Shown: piece after piece, positions 26,355-36,784 of the stretch
Layout: the number at the start of each line of letters is the position of its first letter
Position numbering within the stretch: the first letter of the stretch is position 1
Origin: an uncultured Gemmatimonadales bacterium
GTDB lineage: Bacteria; Gemmatimonadota; Gemmatimonadetes; Longimicrobiales; RSA9
Direction of reading: 5' to 3'
DNA length: 64,000 bases
NCBI GenBank assembly: GCA_963708135.1
Contig: OY970192.1
Location: 3,168,001 to 3,232,000, forward strand
Translations under genes and position numbers: made by a program
Notes under the pieces: model-generated
Told to the model about the DNA's origin: nothing
Seen by the model: only the letters and a program-made list of their open reading frames with translations
Database searches by the model: none

Positions 26355-28694
26355 ATGCAAGGTCTCCGCACCTTCTTCGCCGAGTTGCGGCGCCGGCGCG
26401 TCTACCGCGTGGCGATCGCCTATCTGGCCGTCGCCTTCGGCGTCCTCCAGGGCGCGGACGTGCTCGTGCCGGCGCTGCACCTGCCAGGCTGGACCATGAC
26501 GCTGCTCGCGGTACTCGTGATCCTCGGCCTGCCGGTCGCGCTCGTCCTGGCCTGGGCGTTCGACATCACGCCGGAAGGTGTGCGCCGGACCGCGCCGGCG
26601 GCGCATGCGACGCCGGGCGCGCCAGCTTCCACCGGGCGCCTCGCGCGCGGCGTCGCCACCGGCATCGGCGGGCTCGCCCTCGTCGCCGGAGGCTGGGTGA
26701 TCTGGCGGCATTTCTCGCCTCCGGCCGGGGGCGGCTCCCTGGACCCGAACGTCGTCGCCGTGCTGCCGTTCCGGGTCGCGGGAGCTGAGCCGTCACTGCG
26801 TTACATGCGCGAGGGAATGCTCGATCTTCTCGCCACGAAGCTGGGCGGCGAAAGCGGGCCGAGGGCGGTCGATCCACGGTCGCTGGTGAGCGCGTGGCGG
26901 CAGATGGTCGGCTCCGAGGACGACGACCTGCCCCCGGACTCCGCGCGCGTCCTCGCCCGCCGGCTCCACGCCGGCCGCCTCATCCTGGGCGAGCTCGTGA
27001 GCACGCCTGGCCGGGTCGTGCTGAGCGCCTCGCTCTATGGGGTCGCGGATCACGACACGCCCCAGCCGGTGAGCGTCGAAGGGCCGCCGGACTCGATCCC
27101 GGCGCTGGTCGATCGGCTCGCGGCCTCGCTGCTCAGCATCGGCGCGGGCGAGGAACGGGACCGGATCGCCTCGCTCACGAGCACGTCGCTCCCGGCGCTG
27201 CGGGCGTACCTCGACGGGCAGGCGCTGTATCGGCGGGCGGACTTCGCGGACGCGGAGCAGTCGTTCCGGCGCGCGGTCGAGCTGGACTCCACTTTCGCGC
27301 TGGCGGCACTGGGCATCTACCAGGCGACGCGGTGGGGCGTATCCGAGAGCAACGACCCGGAGGCGCTCGCCCGGACCTGGCGCTTCCGCGACCGACTCGA
27401 TCCGCGCGACCTCGCCTTCCTCGGGGCCGTCGCCGGGCCGCGCTATCCCGGCCGCTCCTCACTCGCCGAGCGGCTCGCCGGCTGGCAGGATGCCGTCGGG
27501 CGCATGCCGGACCGGGCGGAGGCGTGGTTCGAGCTGGGGGATCTCCTGCTCCACGACGGGCGCCTGATCGATATCGACCGGCCCCTCGAGCGGGCGGCCG
27601 ATGCGTTCCAGCACTGCGTGCGGCTGGATCCGACCTTCGGCGCCGCCCTCGGGCACCTCGCCGACATCGCGGCCATGACGCGGGACACGGCGAGCTTTCG
27701 CCGCTACACGGCGCAACGCAGGGATCTGAAGGGACTCTACCTGTGGTTCGCCCGCTGGGAGAGCGGCGAAATCTTCGGCGACCCCGCCGCCGCGCGCCTC
27801 GTCCGCGATTCCCTGGACCGCGTGGGGCTGGACGAGCTGTCCACGTATCTCATGCTCGGCGAGCTCTTCGCGGCCGGCGACAGCATCTCCCCCGAGATCG
27901 CGAGCCGCCTCGTGCCCCGCGCGCGATCACCGCAGGAGCGGGCCTTCGCCTTCAGGGCGCTGCATGACTACGCGCTGAACGCCGGACAGCCGGCGCGCGC
28001 GCTCCGGCTCACGGATTCCCTGAGCACACCCGACGATGCGAGCGTCCCGCTGCGCGTCCGCATCACGGATGCCCTCTTCTGGGGAGGCGACACGACCGCC
28101 GCCGCGGCCGCCGCCCGCGAGCTTGCCGCCCGTGCCGCGGCGGCAGGCGCCGGCTCCGGCGCGCGCTGGAGCGACGGCTGCACCCTCGCGCAGTGGCGCC
28201 TCGCGCACGGCCAGCCGCCGGGCGACGCCGAGATCGCGCAGCGGCGCGACGCCGCGGGCACCCGGACTGCCGGCGACAGCATCGGAAGCCGCCTCTGCGC
28301 AGAGCTGCTCGAGGCCTGGCGCGCGCAGTCGCTCGAGCGACCGGACGCCCGTGCCCGCCTCGAGCGCCTCGACTCGCTGCTCGCGACCGGGCCCTCCACC
28401 GCGTTCAGTGAGCAGGCCGACTTTGCCGCCGCCCGTCTGCTGGAAGCCGCCGGGGACCGGAACGGCGCGCTGCGCGCCGTGCGGCGACGCCCGATCAACG
28501 TCAACGGCCCGCCCCGTCTTTCCGCCCACCTCCGCGAAGAAGGCCGCCTCGCCGCCCTGACCGGCGACCGCGACGGCGCCATCGCGGCGTACCGCCACTT
28601 TCTGTACCTGCAGAGCGACCCCGAGCCGGCCGTCCGGCCGGAGGTAGAGCGGGTGCGCGCGGAGCTGGCGCGGCTGGTGGACGAGACGCGCTAA
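26355..28694 (+). CDS. Membrane-anchored TolB-like/TPR protein
   Basis: FAELRRRRVYRVAIAY, LAWAFDITPEG, VAVLPF, TSTSLPALRAYLDG and TPRs. Confidence 0.88.
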   Translation: MQGLRTFFAELRRRRVYRVAIAYLAVAFGVLQGADVLVPALHLPGWTMTLLAVLVILGLPVALVLAWAFDITPEGVRRTAPAAHATPGAPASTGRLARGVATGIGGLALVAGGWVIWRHFSPPAGGGSLDPNVVAVLPFRVAGAEPSLRYMREGMLDLLATKLGGESGPRAVDPRSLVSAWRQMVGSEDDDLPPDSARVLARRLHAGRLILGELVSTPGRVVLSASLYGVADHDTPQPVSVEGPPDSIPALVDRLAASLLSIGAGEERDRIASLTSTSLPALRAYLDGQALYRRADFADAEQSFRRAVELDSTFALAALGIYQATRWGVSESNDPEALARTWRFRDRLDPRDLAFLGAVAGPRYPGRSSLAERLAGWQDAVGRMPDRAEAWFELGDLLLHDGRLIDIDRPLERAADAFQHCVRLDPTFGAALGHLADIAAMTRDTASFRRYTAQRRDLKGLYLWFARWESGEIFGDPAAARLVRDSLDRVGLDELSTYLMLGELFAAGDSISPEIASRLVPRARSPQERAFAFRALHDYALNAGQPARALRLTDSLSTPDDASVPLRVRITDALFWGGDTTAAAAAARELAARAAAAGAGSGARWSDGCTLAQWRLAHGQPPGDAEIAQRRDAAGTRTAGDSIGSRLCAELLEAWRAQSLERPDARARLERLDSLLATGPSTAFSEQADFAAARLLEAAGDRNGALRAVRRRPINVNGPPRLSAHLREEGRLAALTGDRDGAIAAYRHFLYLQSDPEPAVRPEVERVRAELARLVDETR

Positions 28695-28770
28695 CTACAT
28701 GTCGAGCGAGAGCCCGGTCGCCTCTGGTCGTGCCGCAGTTGGTCGTGCCGCAGCAGTTGGTCGTGCCGCC

Positions 28771-30603
28771 TCATGCCTCCACCACCGGCCGCTCCTCGCC
28801 CACCCCCGCCTCCCGCTCGAGCGCCAGCCCTACCCGTGCGATGGTGCCCTCGTCGAACAGCCGGCCGACCAGCGTGACGCCGTAGGGCACCCGGCGCGGC
28901 GGCGAGAAGGTAGGCAGCGGGTGCGCGGGGTCGGGCGCCCAGTCGCTCCTGGCCTTCGCGACCTCCACGAAGCCCGTGCGCAGCGTCAGCGAGGGGTGTC
29001 CGGTGAAGTTGGAGATGACGAGCATCTCGTCGCGTAGCGAGGGGACGAGGAGCAGATCCACCCGCCCCATGAGGCGGTCCATCTCGGCGGCGACCTTGCG
29101 CCGCAGCCGGTCCGCCTGCACGAAGTCAACGGCGGAGAGGAAGCGCGACTCGCGGAACAGGTTCGGCCACGCGTCCGGTACCTGCGCCGTGAGCTCGCGG
29201 TCGCGGCCGCCGAGCGTCAGCTCCTCGAACGCGGCCGCCGCCTCGGCGAAGAGCAGCACGTTGAGGCCATCGTACGGCCAGTCGGGCAGCGAGACCTCGA
29301 CCGGCTCGAGCCCCGCCCTTCGCAGCAGCCCGAGCGCATCCCGGTCCACCTGCGTGGCGGGCGGCTCCTTCATCCAGGCCGGGAAGTAGCCGACCCGGAG
29401 CCCCCGCACCGCGGCGCCCGCGTCGAAGTCGAGCCGGGCCGGACGGCTGTACACGTCGCCTGCATCGGGTCCGGCGATCGCGTGCAGCACCAGCATCGTG
29501 TCCTCCACGCTGCGCGTGATGGGGCCGAGCTTGTCCTGGGTCCAGCACAGCGTCATGGCGCCCGTGCGCGGCACGCGCCCGAATGTCGGCCGGAGCCCCG
29601 TGTCCCCGCAGCGCATGCACGGGTCGATGATGCTGCCCTGCGTCTCACTGCCGATCGCAAAGGCGACGAGACCCGCCGCCGTCGCCGAGCCCGGCCCCGC
29701 GCTCGAGCCGCCCGCACCCTCCTCGGGCACCCACGGATTCATGGTCTGCCCGCCGAACCAGATGTCGTTGAGCGCCAGCGCGCCCATGCTCAGCTTCGCG
29801 ACGAGCACCGCGCCCGCCGCGTCCAGCCGCGCCACCACCGCCGCGTCCGCGTCCGGCACGCGGTCCTTGAACGGCGTCGCGCCGTACGTCGTCCGGATCC
29901 CCTTCGTGTCGAGCAGGTCCTTCGCGCCCCACGGGATCCCGTGCAGCGGCCCGCGATACCGCCCGGCCGCGATCTCGGCGTCCGCCCGCTTCGCCTGCGC
30001 CAGCGCGTGGTCGTCCGTGCGCGTGATCACGCAGTGCAGCTTCGCATCGAGACGGCCGAGGCGGTCGAGATAGAGGCGCGTCAGCCGCTCGGACGTGAGC
30101 TGCCGCCGCTCGATCCAGCGCGACAGCCGCCAGACCGGCGCGAACGCGATGTCCGCGTCGGCCGAGGGGAGCGCTCCGGGCTCGGTCGTGGAGCGAACGA
30201 AGCGGTCGCGCGCCGGTCCCACCTTCATGCCGGGAAGCACCGGGTCCCAGGTGGTGCCGGGCGCGAGCGAGTCCTCGAGCGCGAGCCTGCGCGGCCCCGT
30301 GCGTCGCTCGACCAGCCCCGCCATCGACGTGCGCCAGCTCGCCGCCATCATCTGCCGCTCGGCGTCCGTCATGCTCACCCGCGCGAGCTTCTCCGCCTCC
30401 GCGAACGTGGCCGGCGAGACCGGCGGCCCCACGGCGTCGGAGGTGTTGAAGGCGGGCGTCGCACCCGGCGTGGTGTCCACCGCCGAAGCGGACGCCGCTT
30501 CGGCGCCGCCGGCCGGGGAGGACGTTCCCGCGCCCTTGCACGCTGCGAGGAGCCCGGCGAGCCCGAGCGGTGCCCGGGCGAGAAACTGGCGACGTGTGTT
30601 CAT
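28771..30603 (-). CDS. Amidase (amidase-signature family) with Tat signal
   Basis: TRRQFL; GPLHGIPWGAKDL, GGSSAG, GSETQGSI. Confidence 0.92.
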   Translation of the reverse strand: MNTRRQFLARAPLGLAGLLAACKGAGTSSPAGGAEAASASAVDTTPGATPAFNTSDAVGPPVSPATFAEAEKLARVSMTDAERQMMAASWRTSMAGLVERRTGPRRLALEDSLAPGTTWDPVLPGMKVGPARDRFVRSTTEPGALPSADADIAFAPVWRLSRWIERRQLTSERLTRLYLDRLGRLDAKLHCVITRTDDHALAQAKRADAEIAAGRYRGPLHGIPWGAKDLLDTKGIRTTYGATPFKDRVPDADAAVVARLDAAGAVLVAKLSMGALALNDIWFGGQTMNPWVPEEGAGGSSAGPGSATAAGLVAFAIGSETQGSIIDPCMRCGDTGLRPTFGRVPRTGAMTLCWTQDKLGPITRSVEDTMLVLHAIAGPDAGDVYSRPARLDFDAGAAVRGLRVGYFPAWMKEPPATQVDRDALGLLRRAGLEPVEVSLPDWPYDGLNVLLFAEAAAAFEELTLGGRDRELTAQVPDAWPNLFRESRFLSAVDFVQADRLRRKVAAEMDRLMGRVDLLLVPSLRDEMLVISNFTGHPSLTLRTGFVEVAKARSDWAPDPAHPLPTFSPPRRVPYGVTLVGRLFDEGTIARVGLALEREAGVGEERPVVEA

Positions 30604-30783
30604 GGCGAGTCTCGGTTGGGGGAGGACTGGCCGGATCTCGGGGGCGGGACTCCGCGAATCTCCGCGCCTCCCTGAGAGAGAGGCACGCCGGCAGGCTCGG
30701 GATCGCGGGTCGGTCAGTCCGGTGCGTGCGACCCCAGAGCCGCGGCCCCTCCGTCGGGGCCGTGGCCATGGGAAGCCCCGCCG

Positions 30784-31332
30784 CTACTTCGCGGGCTTGG
30801 ACCGCTGCGCGGTCGGCGGAAGCATCCCGTTGAGGCGCATGTAGTTGGCCACCTGGCTGTAATGGTCCGCCAGGTCCTCGACGTAGATGAACAGGGCCAG
30901 CGCGCGTGTGCCCTTCATGAACCCCAGGTCGACCTGCTCTCCGAGGTTGCTGTCGTCGGCCGCGGCCAGCGCCTTGTCGCAGAAGGCGAAGGAGTCCTTG
31001 AGCTCACCGACGAGCACGTCCTTGCTCTCCGTTCCCTTCCGCTCCGGCACGGGCGCCGCTTTCATCCCGCCGATCGCGCCGCAGATCCCGCGATTGGCCT
31101 GGGCCAGGTGCGCCCAGATCTGCCCGAAGCTCATCTGGGCCGGGGTCGGCTTGTAGGACAGCTTCGCGGCCGGCACCTCGTCGGCCGCCTTCATGAGGTT
31201 CTGCCCGAAATGCTTGCTCATGCCCTGCGCGGCTTCCGTCGTCGGATTCGATCCCGACGCGGGAGCCTGCTGCGCGGCGAGCAGGCCCGGGACGAGGAGC
31301 GCGGCCAGGCCGCAGAGGCGGACTCGCTTCAT
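30784..31332 (-). CDS. DinB-family protein, secreted
   Basis: Signal peptide; YKPTPAQMSFGQ..HLA; HYSQVANYMRLNGMLPP. RBS GGAGG. Confidence 0.88.
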   Translation of the reverse strand: MKRVRLCGLAALLVPGLLAAQQAPASGSNPTTEAAQGMSKHFGQNLMKAADEVPAAKLSYKPTPAQMSFGQIWAHLAQANRGICGAIGGMKAAPVPERKGTESKDVLVGELKDSFAFCDKALAAADDSNLGEQVDLGFMKGTRALALFIYVEDLADHYSQVANYMRLNGMLPPTAQRSKPAK

Positions 31333-31374
31333 GGGAACCTCCGGTTGCTTGGGGGGATGGGACCGGCACGCACG

Positions 31375-31599
31375 GATTCTGGCGCCACCGGGGCGGCCGC
31401 GGCAAGGGTCTCGAGCATCCGCATGGCGAGCCCCGTCGCGCTTCCCTTCCCGCCGCCGGCACTGCGCAGCACGATGACCCCAACACCCGCCTTGCGGTCG
31501 TAGAGCATCCCGGCCGTGTAGCCGGCCACGCTGCCGCCATGGCCGAAGGCGACGCGGCCATCCTCCAGCCGCACCGCCATGAAGCCGACGCCGTAGCCG
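31375..31599 (-). pseudogene. Extreme C-terminal fragment of a serine hydrolase (beta-lactamase fold)
   Basis: GYGVGF..FGHGGSVAGY..GVGVIVL only. Confidence 0.65.
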
Positions 31600-31710
31600 G
31601 AGCGACGCGAGCGACGCGGGAGAGACGGAGGCGCCGCTCCGGGCGATCAGAGCAGAGGCCGAAAGGCCGAGCCAGAGCGCGCGATTTGACTGGTACGAGC
31701 TTCGGGCCGC

Positions 31711-32151
31711 CTACGTCAGCGATGCGCTCAGCCGCTTCATGATGCGACCGAGGTCCGCAAGGTCGCGATCATCGAGCGCGTCGCCGAAGACTCGCTGCAG
31801 GAGCTCGTGGTGCCCCTGGCGGGCCTCCCCGGCCAGGGACCGGCCCCTTCGGGTGACCGTGGCGAAGGCGGAGCGGGCATCGCGGGGGTCCGGGTCGCGC
31901 CGAACGAGGCCCGACACCGCCATGCGGTCGAGCAGCTTCGACAACCCCGACTGCGACAGCATGATGGAGGAAGCGAGCTCGCTCAGCCCGAGGCGTCCCC
32001 CCGCGTTGACGAGCTGGGCTAGCACGTCGTAGCGGGCCATGGTGAGCCCGTGCTCCTTGCGCATCTGCGCCTCGAGCTCATCCCACAGCCGGCTGTGGGT
32101 GCGGACGAAGGACAGCCAGGCGGGCATCCAGCGCTCATAGCTCTCGGCCAT
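31711..32151 (-). CDS. MarR-family regulator
   Basis: LTMARYDVL..LSQSGLSKLLDRM..GLVRR..DAR. Confidence 0.9.
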   Translation of the reverse strand: MAESYERWMPAWLSFVRTHSRLWDELEAQMRKEHGLTMARYDVLAQLVNAGGRLGLSELASSIMLSQSGLSKLLDRMAVSGLVRRDPDPRDARSAFATVTRRGRSLAGEARQGHHELLQRVFGDALDDRDLADLGRIMKRLSASLT

Positions 32152-32170
32152 ACGGGGAGTCTAGCCAAAA

Positions 32171-32188
32171 TACTTGACATGTCAAGTA
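32171..32188. promoter_or_regulatory. Perfect 18-bp palindrome, probable MarR operator
   Basis: TACTTGACATGTCAAGTA between divergent genes; it contains TTGACA on both strands. Confidence 0.75.
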
Positions 32189-32248
32189 CATCGGCGTAGC
32201 ATTGCGCCGGTGGCCGGTAACCATCCCCTGCGATCAGGAGCAACGATC

Positions 32249-32545
32249 ATGGCCGAGGTCATCGTCATCGAGTTCGCGGCAGCCGGTGCCGCCAGCATCT
32301 ACCCGCGCGTGAACCGGATCCTGGGATGGGACGGCGTGCCCGGTCCCGAGGTCAGGCCGGAAGGCCTCATCAGCTCGATCGCCGGCGAATCGGGCGACAA
32401 GCTGATCGTTGTCGAGGTATGGGAGTCCAGGGAGTTTCAGCAGAGGTTCATGGAGTCGCAGCTCGGCCCCGCGCTCGCGGAGGCCAGGGCCGCCCAGCCG
32501 TCGCGCGTCGAGTGGTTCAACGAGGTGATCGACTTTCACCTGTAG
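32249..32545 (+). CDS. Small hypothetical protein (dimeric alpha-beta-barrel-like)
   Basis: AGGAG RBS; LIVVEVWESRE. Confidence 0.7.
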   Translation: MAEVIVIEFAAAGAASIYPRVNRILGWDGVPGPEVRPEGLISSIAGESGDKLIVVEVWESREFQQRFMESQLGPALAEARAAQPSRVEWFNEVIDFHL

Positions 32546-32599
32546 TGCACGGTCCTTCCGGCAGCCTGGCCGGAGGCCGGGATTCCATCAAGCGGGGAG

Positions 32600-32800
32600 G
32601 TGTCCGATGTTCGCGGTGCGGTTGGCCTGCACGGCTGGTGGCTGGTGGATCGGGACACAGGCCGGCGTCTGACGGTGATGGTGTGGGACACCCGGGAGCA
32701 GTACGACGCCGGCATGGCACGCATCCAGGAGGCGCGCGCCAGGGACCCCGACCGCCGCCGGCCCGCTCCGAGCGCAGTGGCGCGCTTCGAGGTGTACTGA
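32600..32800 (+). CDS. Small or truncated alpha-beta-barrel-like protein
   Basis: GWWLVDRDTGRRLTVMVWDT..ARFEVY; the start is uncertain. Confidence 0.5.
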   Translation: MSDVRGAVGLHGWWLVDRDTGRRLTVMVWDTREQYDAGMARIQEARARDPDRRRPAPSAVARFEVY

Positions 32801-33477
32801 TCCGTGGGCGGAGGTAGCTGAGGGACGGTGCGAGAATCCAGGCGCGGCGGGCGGCCGATCACATCGTCCAGCATCACTCGCCTCGCGCGATGTGCCGTGG
32901 GATCGGAGTAAAGCGCGCCGACATGGCGCCGGGCCAGGGCACCCGGCGGCCCGCCGCCGGGCGCCTTCACCGCGCGTGAGCACCACCACGCCGGCGATCA
33001 CGACGCCGGCCGCGAGCCAGTGCGGCTCAGCCCCGCGGCTCGGGCGCCCTCCGAGCAGGAGCGCGATCCGTCGGCGAAGGGGCCGCCCTCTCGGACGCGA
33101 CAGACTTCGAGGCCGCGGGCGGCCGCGACCTCCCGTTCGTGGCGGCCCGAGGAGGCTTCGCCTCCCGAACGTTCCGGGCTCGTACGCCTCGATCGCCTCG
33201 CCAACAGCGCCGCCACCCACGACGGTGCCGGCCCCCTTCCCTCCACCCAACCCCTCATGCGGCCGGCCTCCGCTCGCCCGCATTGCCATCCGCCTCCGCG
33301 GCCACCGCCGGCCCGGTCGGGTACTCCGCCGCCACGTGCCCCACCAGGTGCGCGTGCATCTCGCCCGTCGACTCGACGAACAACACCCATCCGCGCGCCC
33401 ACGCCCGAACCAGCCGTCGCACCACCCCTCGCACGCCGCCCCGCCGTGCCGCCGCCGCTCCGCTCCTCGCCTCGCGC

Positions 33478-34074
33478 ATGCCCGTCGGCGGCAACCTCGC
33501 GCTGGACCTGGCGAACACGGCCAGCGCGCGCGAGCGGCCGCAGGTGCACGAGAAGCTGCACACGTATGCGGACGTGGTGGTGTGGGCGGAGCGCACGGGG
33601 GTGCTGGGGCCGGAGCGGGCGGCGCGGCTGCGCGCGGAGGCCGAGGCCCGCCCGGCGGAGGCGGCGGTGGTGCTGGCGCGGACGCTGGAGCTGCGCGAGG
33701 CCATCTATCGGGTGCTCTCCTCCGTGGCGGTGGCGGCCTCGCCCGCGCCCGCCGACGTGGCGGTGCTGAACCAGTACGTGGAGGAGGCGGGGTCGCACCG
33801 CCGGCTGCGGGGTGGCGAGCGCGGCTTCGAGTGGGGCTGGGGCGAAGGCGACGAGCCGCTGGCGCAGCTGCTCTGGCCCGCGGCATGGGCGGCGGCGGAG
33901 CTGCTGGCGGAGGGAGAGCTTGGGCGCGTGAAGCAGTGCGGCAACGATGGCTGCAACTGGCTGTTCGTCGATCTCAGCCGCAACCGGAGCCGCCGCTGGT
34001 GCGACATGAAGGACTGTGGCAACCGCGCGAAGGCGCGACGGCACTACGCGCGGCGGCGGAGAGGTACCGGCTGA
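33478..34074 (+). CDS. ABATE/CGNR zinc-finger protein
   Basis: GGNLALDLANT; C..C.WLFVDLSRNRSRRWCDMKDCGNRAK. Confidence 0.92.
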   Translation: MPVGGNLALDLANTASARERPQVHEKLHTYADVVVWAERTGVLGPERAARLRAEAEARPAEAAVVLARTLELREAIYRVLSSVAVAASPAPADVAVLNQYVEEAGSHRRLRGGERGFEWGWGEGDEPLAQLLWPAAWAAAELLAEGELGRVKQCGNDGCNWLFVDLSRNRSRRWCDMKDCGNRAKARRHYARRRRGTG

Positions 34075-34297
34075 AGCCACCGGGCGCTGCGCAAGACGCT
34101 CCCGCCGAGGCACGGTCGAGAGTCCGGACCAGCCGAGGCAGAGAGGCAGCACGGCTGAGGAGAGGTCCCCGCGGAGCGGTCGTCCCCGCCCGCCGGGGCA
34201 CACGGCTTGCCCCATTTTCCAGACTGATGGACCGGCAAAGCTACCGCAGTCTTCGAGGCCCTTACTCGAGGACCGACCCGAGCAGAGGGAGGGAACA

Positions 34298-34858
34298 GTG
34301 GCCGAGAATCAAGACCGCCAGCGTGACGATACGTCGCGTGGCCCGACCCCGGGCGAGGAGGAATTCTACGACACGGAGGGCGCCGAATGGAGCGCCGGAG
34401 ACGAGCCCCTCGGTGCCGCCGGCGCCGCGCCTGCCGCGCCCCGGCGGGAGCGCGAGGAGACCCGGGTCGGGAAAGGGGATCCTCTCGACCCCTCCGGCCG
34501 CTTCGACGAGTCCCGCAGGGGGATCTCGCGTGGGCGGGCGGCGCCTCGCGACGTCGTCGCGGAGCCCGGCTCCGAGCCCTCCGGGAGCGCCGGTCGGCTC
34601 TTCGCCGACGAGGAGGCGGCCAGCCTGCGCGCCCGCTGGGACAGCATCCAGACGGAGTTCGTGGATGAGCCTCGCGTCGCCGTGGAGCAGGCCGACGGCC
34701 TCGTCGTCGATGTCGTCCAGCGCCTGACCGACGGCTTCAGCGGCGAGCGTGCCCGCCTGGAGCAGCAATGGGACCGGGGCGACTCCGTCTCCACGGAGGA
34801 CCTGCGCGTGGCGCTGAAGCGCTATCGCGCCTTCTTCGACCGCCTCCTGTCCATCTGA
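34298..34858 (+). CDS. Conserved hypothetical protein
   Basis: GGAGG RBS and GTG start; WDSIQTEFVDEPR..STEDLRVALKRYR. Confidence 0.75.
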   Translation: MAENQDRQRDDTSRGPTPGEEEFYDTEGAEWSAGDEPLGAAGAAPAAPRREREETRVGKGDPLDPSGRFDESRRGISRGRAAPRDVVAEPGSEPSGSAGRLFADEEAASLRARWDSIQTEFVDEPRVAVEQADGLVVDVVQRLTDGFSGERARLEQQWDRGDSVSTEDLRVALKRYRAFFDRLLSI

Positions 34859-34865
34859 GCGGGCC

Positions 34866-34909
34866 GGCCGCGGCGAGGGCTTCGGCCCCGCCGCGGCCTT
34901 CTCCGTTTT
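34866..34909 (+). terminator. GC hairpin with TTCG loop and T-rich tail
   Basis: GGCCGCGGCG-a-GGGC-TTCG-GCCC-CGCCGCGGCC, then TTCTCCGTTTT. Confidence 0.55.
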
Positions 34910-34915
34910 CCAACC

Positions 34916-36445
34916 ATGCTCCTCTCCGACCTGGTCCACGCCTCCGACCGCGCCGCGGCGACCTCCTCGCGCAACGAGAAGATCGCGATCCTGGCCGACG
35001 CGCTCCGCCGCGCCACGCCCGAAGACGAGGCGATCGCCGTCGCCTGGCTGAGCGGCACGCTGCCCCAGGGAAGGATCGGGCTCGGCCCGGCGGCGGTGCG
35101 GGAGGCGTGGCCGCCGGCCGCGGCGACGTCGCCTGAAGTCACGGTGTCCGAGGTGGACGCGGCGTTCGCGCGCATGGCCGCGCTCGAGGGCGCGGGCTCG
35201 ACGGCGGAGCGCGTCCGTCTCCTCGCCGCCCTCCTCGCCCGCGCGACCGCTCGGGAGCAGGACTTCCTCGCCCGTCTCGTCCTCGGGGAGCTGCGGCAGG
35301 GCGCGCTCGAATCGCTCGTCGCCGACGCGGTGGCGAAGGCGACAGGCGTGGCGGCGTCGCGGGTCCGGCGCGCCCTCCAGCTCTCCGGCGACCTCCCGAC
35401 GGTGGCGGCCGCGGCCCGGCGAGGCGGCGTGCACGCGCTGGACTCCTTCGGCGTGCGGCTCTTCCGTCCCGTCCAGCCGATGCTCGCCTCCACCGCCGAG
35501 GATCCCGACGACGCGCTCGCGAGGCTCGGCACCGCCTCGCTCGACTGGAAGCTCGACGGCGCGCGCATCCAGGTGCACCGGCAGGGCGACGAGGTGCGCA
35601 TCTACAGCCGTCGCCTGAACGAGGTGACCCACGCCGCGCCGGAGCTCGTGGAAGCCGTGCGCGCGCTCCCCGCCTCGTCGCTCGTGCTGGATGGCGAGGC
35701 CGTCGCGCTCGCGCCTGACCGACGGCCGCGGCCGTTCCAGGAGACGATGCGCCGCTTCGGCCGCCGCCTCGATGTGGACCGCATGCGCCGCGAGTTGCCG
35801 CTCTCGCCGTTCTTCTTCGACCTGCTCTATGTCGATGGCAGCTCGCTCATCGACCAGCCGTCCGAGGAACCCTTCGCCGCGCTGGACGCGCTGGTCGCTC
35901 CGCGGGAGCGCGTGCCGCGGCTCGTCACAGGCGACGCCGGGGCCGCCGCCGACTTCCTGCGCGCCGCGCGCCGCGCGGGCCACGAGGGGCTCGTCGCCAA
36001 GGCGCTCGACGCAACATACGACGCCGGGCGCCGCGGTGGCGCGTGGCTCAAGCTGAAGCCCGCCGATACGCTCGACCTCGTCGTCCTCGCCGCCGAGTGG
36101 GGACACGGCCGCCGCAAGGGCTGGCTCAGCAACCTGCACCTCGGCGCGCGCGATGCCGGGGGCGGCGGCTTCGTGATGCTCGGAAAGACCTTCAAGGGGA
36201 TGACGGACCGCGTGCTCGAGTGGCAGACGCGGGAGCTGCTCGCGCGCGAGCTGGGGCGCGAGCGGCATGTCGTGCACGTGCGCCCGGAGCTGGTCGTGGA
36301 GGTCGCGTTCGAGGGGCTCCAGACGAGCCCCCGCTACCCCGCCGGCCTCGCCCTCCGCTTCGCCCGCATCAAGCGCTACCGCACCGACAAGACCGCCGCG
36401 GAGGCGGACACGATCGCGAGGGTGAGGGAGATCGCCGCGCGCTGA
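34916..36445 (+). CDS. ATP-dependent DNA ligase (LigB-like)
   Basis: WKLDGARIQ (KxDG), LDGE, FFDLL, EGLVAK, WLKLK, LALRFARI. Confidence 0.93.
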   Translation: MLLSDLVHASDRAAATSSRNEKIAILADALRRATPEDEAIAVAWLSGTLPQGRIGLGPAAVREAWPPAAATSPEVTVSEVDAAFARMAALEGAGSTAERVRLLAALLARATAREQDFLARLVLGELRQGALESLVADAVAKATGVAASRVRRALQLSGDLPTVAAAARRGGVHALDSFGVRLFRPVQPMLASTAEDPDDALARLGTASLDWKLDGARIQVHRQGDEVRIYSRRLNEVTHAAPELVEAVRALPASSLVLDGEAVALAPDRRPRPFQETMRRFGRRLDVDRMRRELPLSPFFFDLLYVDGSSLIDQPSEEPFAALDALVAPRERVPRLVTGDAGAAADFLRAARRAGHEGLVAKALDATYDAGRRGGAWLKLKPADTLDLVVLAAEWGHGRRKGWLSNLHLGARDAGGGGFVMLGKTFKGMTDRVLEWQTRELLARELGRERHVVHVRPELVVEVAFEGLQTSPRYPAGLALRFARIKRYRTDKTAAEADTIARVREIAAR

Positions 36446-36784
36446 GGGGGCGGCGCCGGGGCGCGGGGAATTTTTCGGCGTCCGGCGATCGCCACCCACC
36501 GGCCAGCACCCGCATCCCGCGTCCCGCGCCCCGCGTCCCGACGAACATTGTCCTTCGCCCCCTCATTGACCACAATGACGGTAGAGTTCCTGATGGCGCC
36601 GCGAAGCTGCCGGAGCAGCCGTCGAACGCTCCCCCTGAGAGTCGCCGTTCACGAGCCGCCCCCGCCGGCGCGCGCCCCGAGGCCGCCGCGGGTGGGGACG
36701 CTGATCCGGCTCCATTCCGAATCTGGGCGAGGTAAATGAGCGGCCATGAGGCAGGATGAGGAATCCGACGGGAGGCCACCGTCC

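Noticed and set aside
25254..28694. 1146-aa fusion protein
   Set aside because: The TPR gene has its own typical start at 26355; the upstream part is a fragment plus non-coding sequence.
28725..28770. TGGTCGTGCCGC x3 micro-repeat
   Set aside because: A short local slippage between convergent genes, with no further structure.
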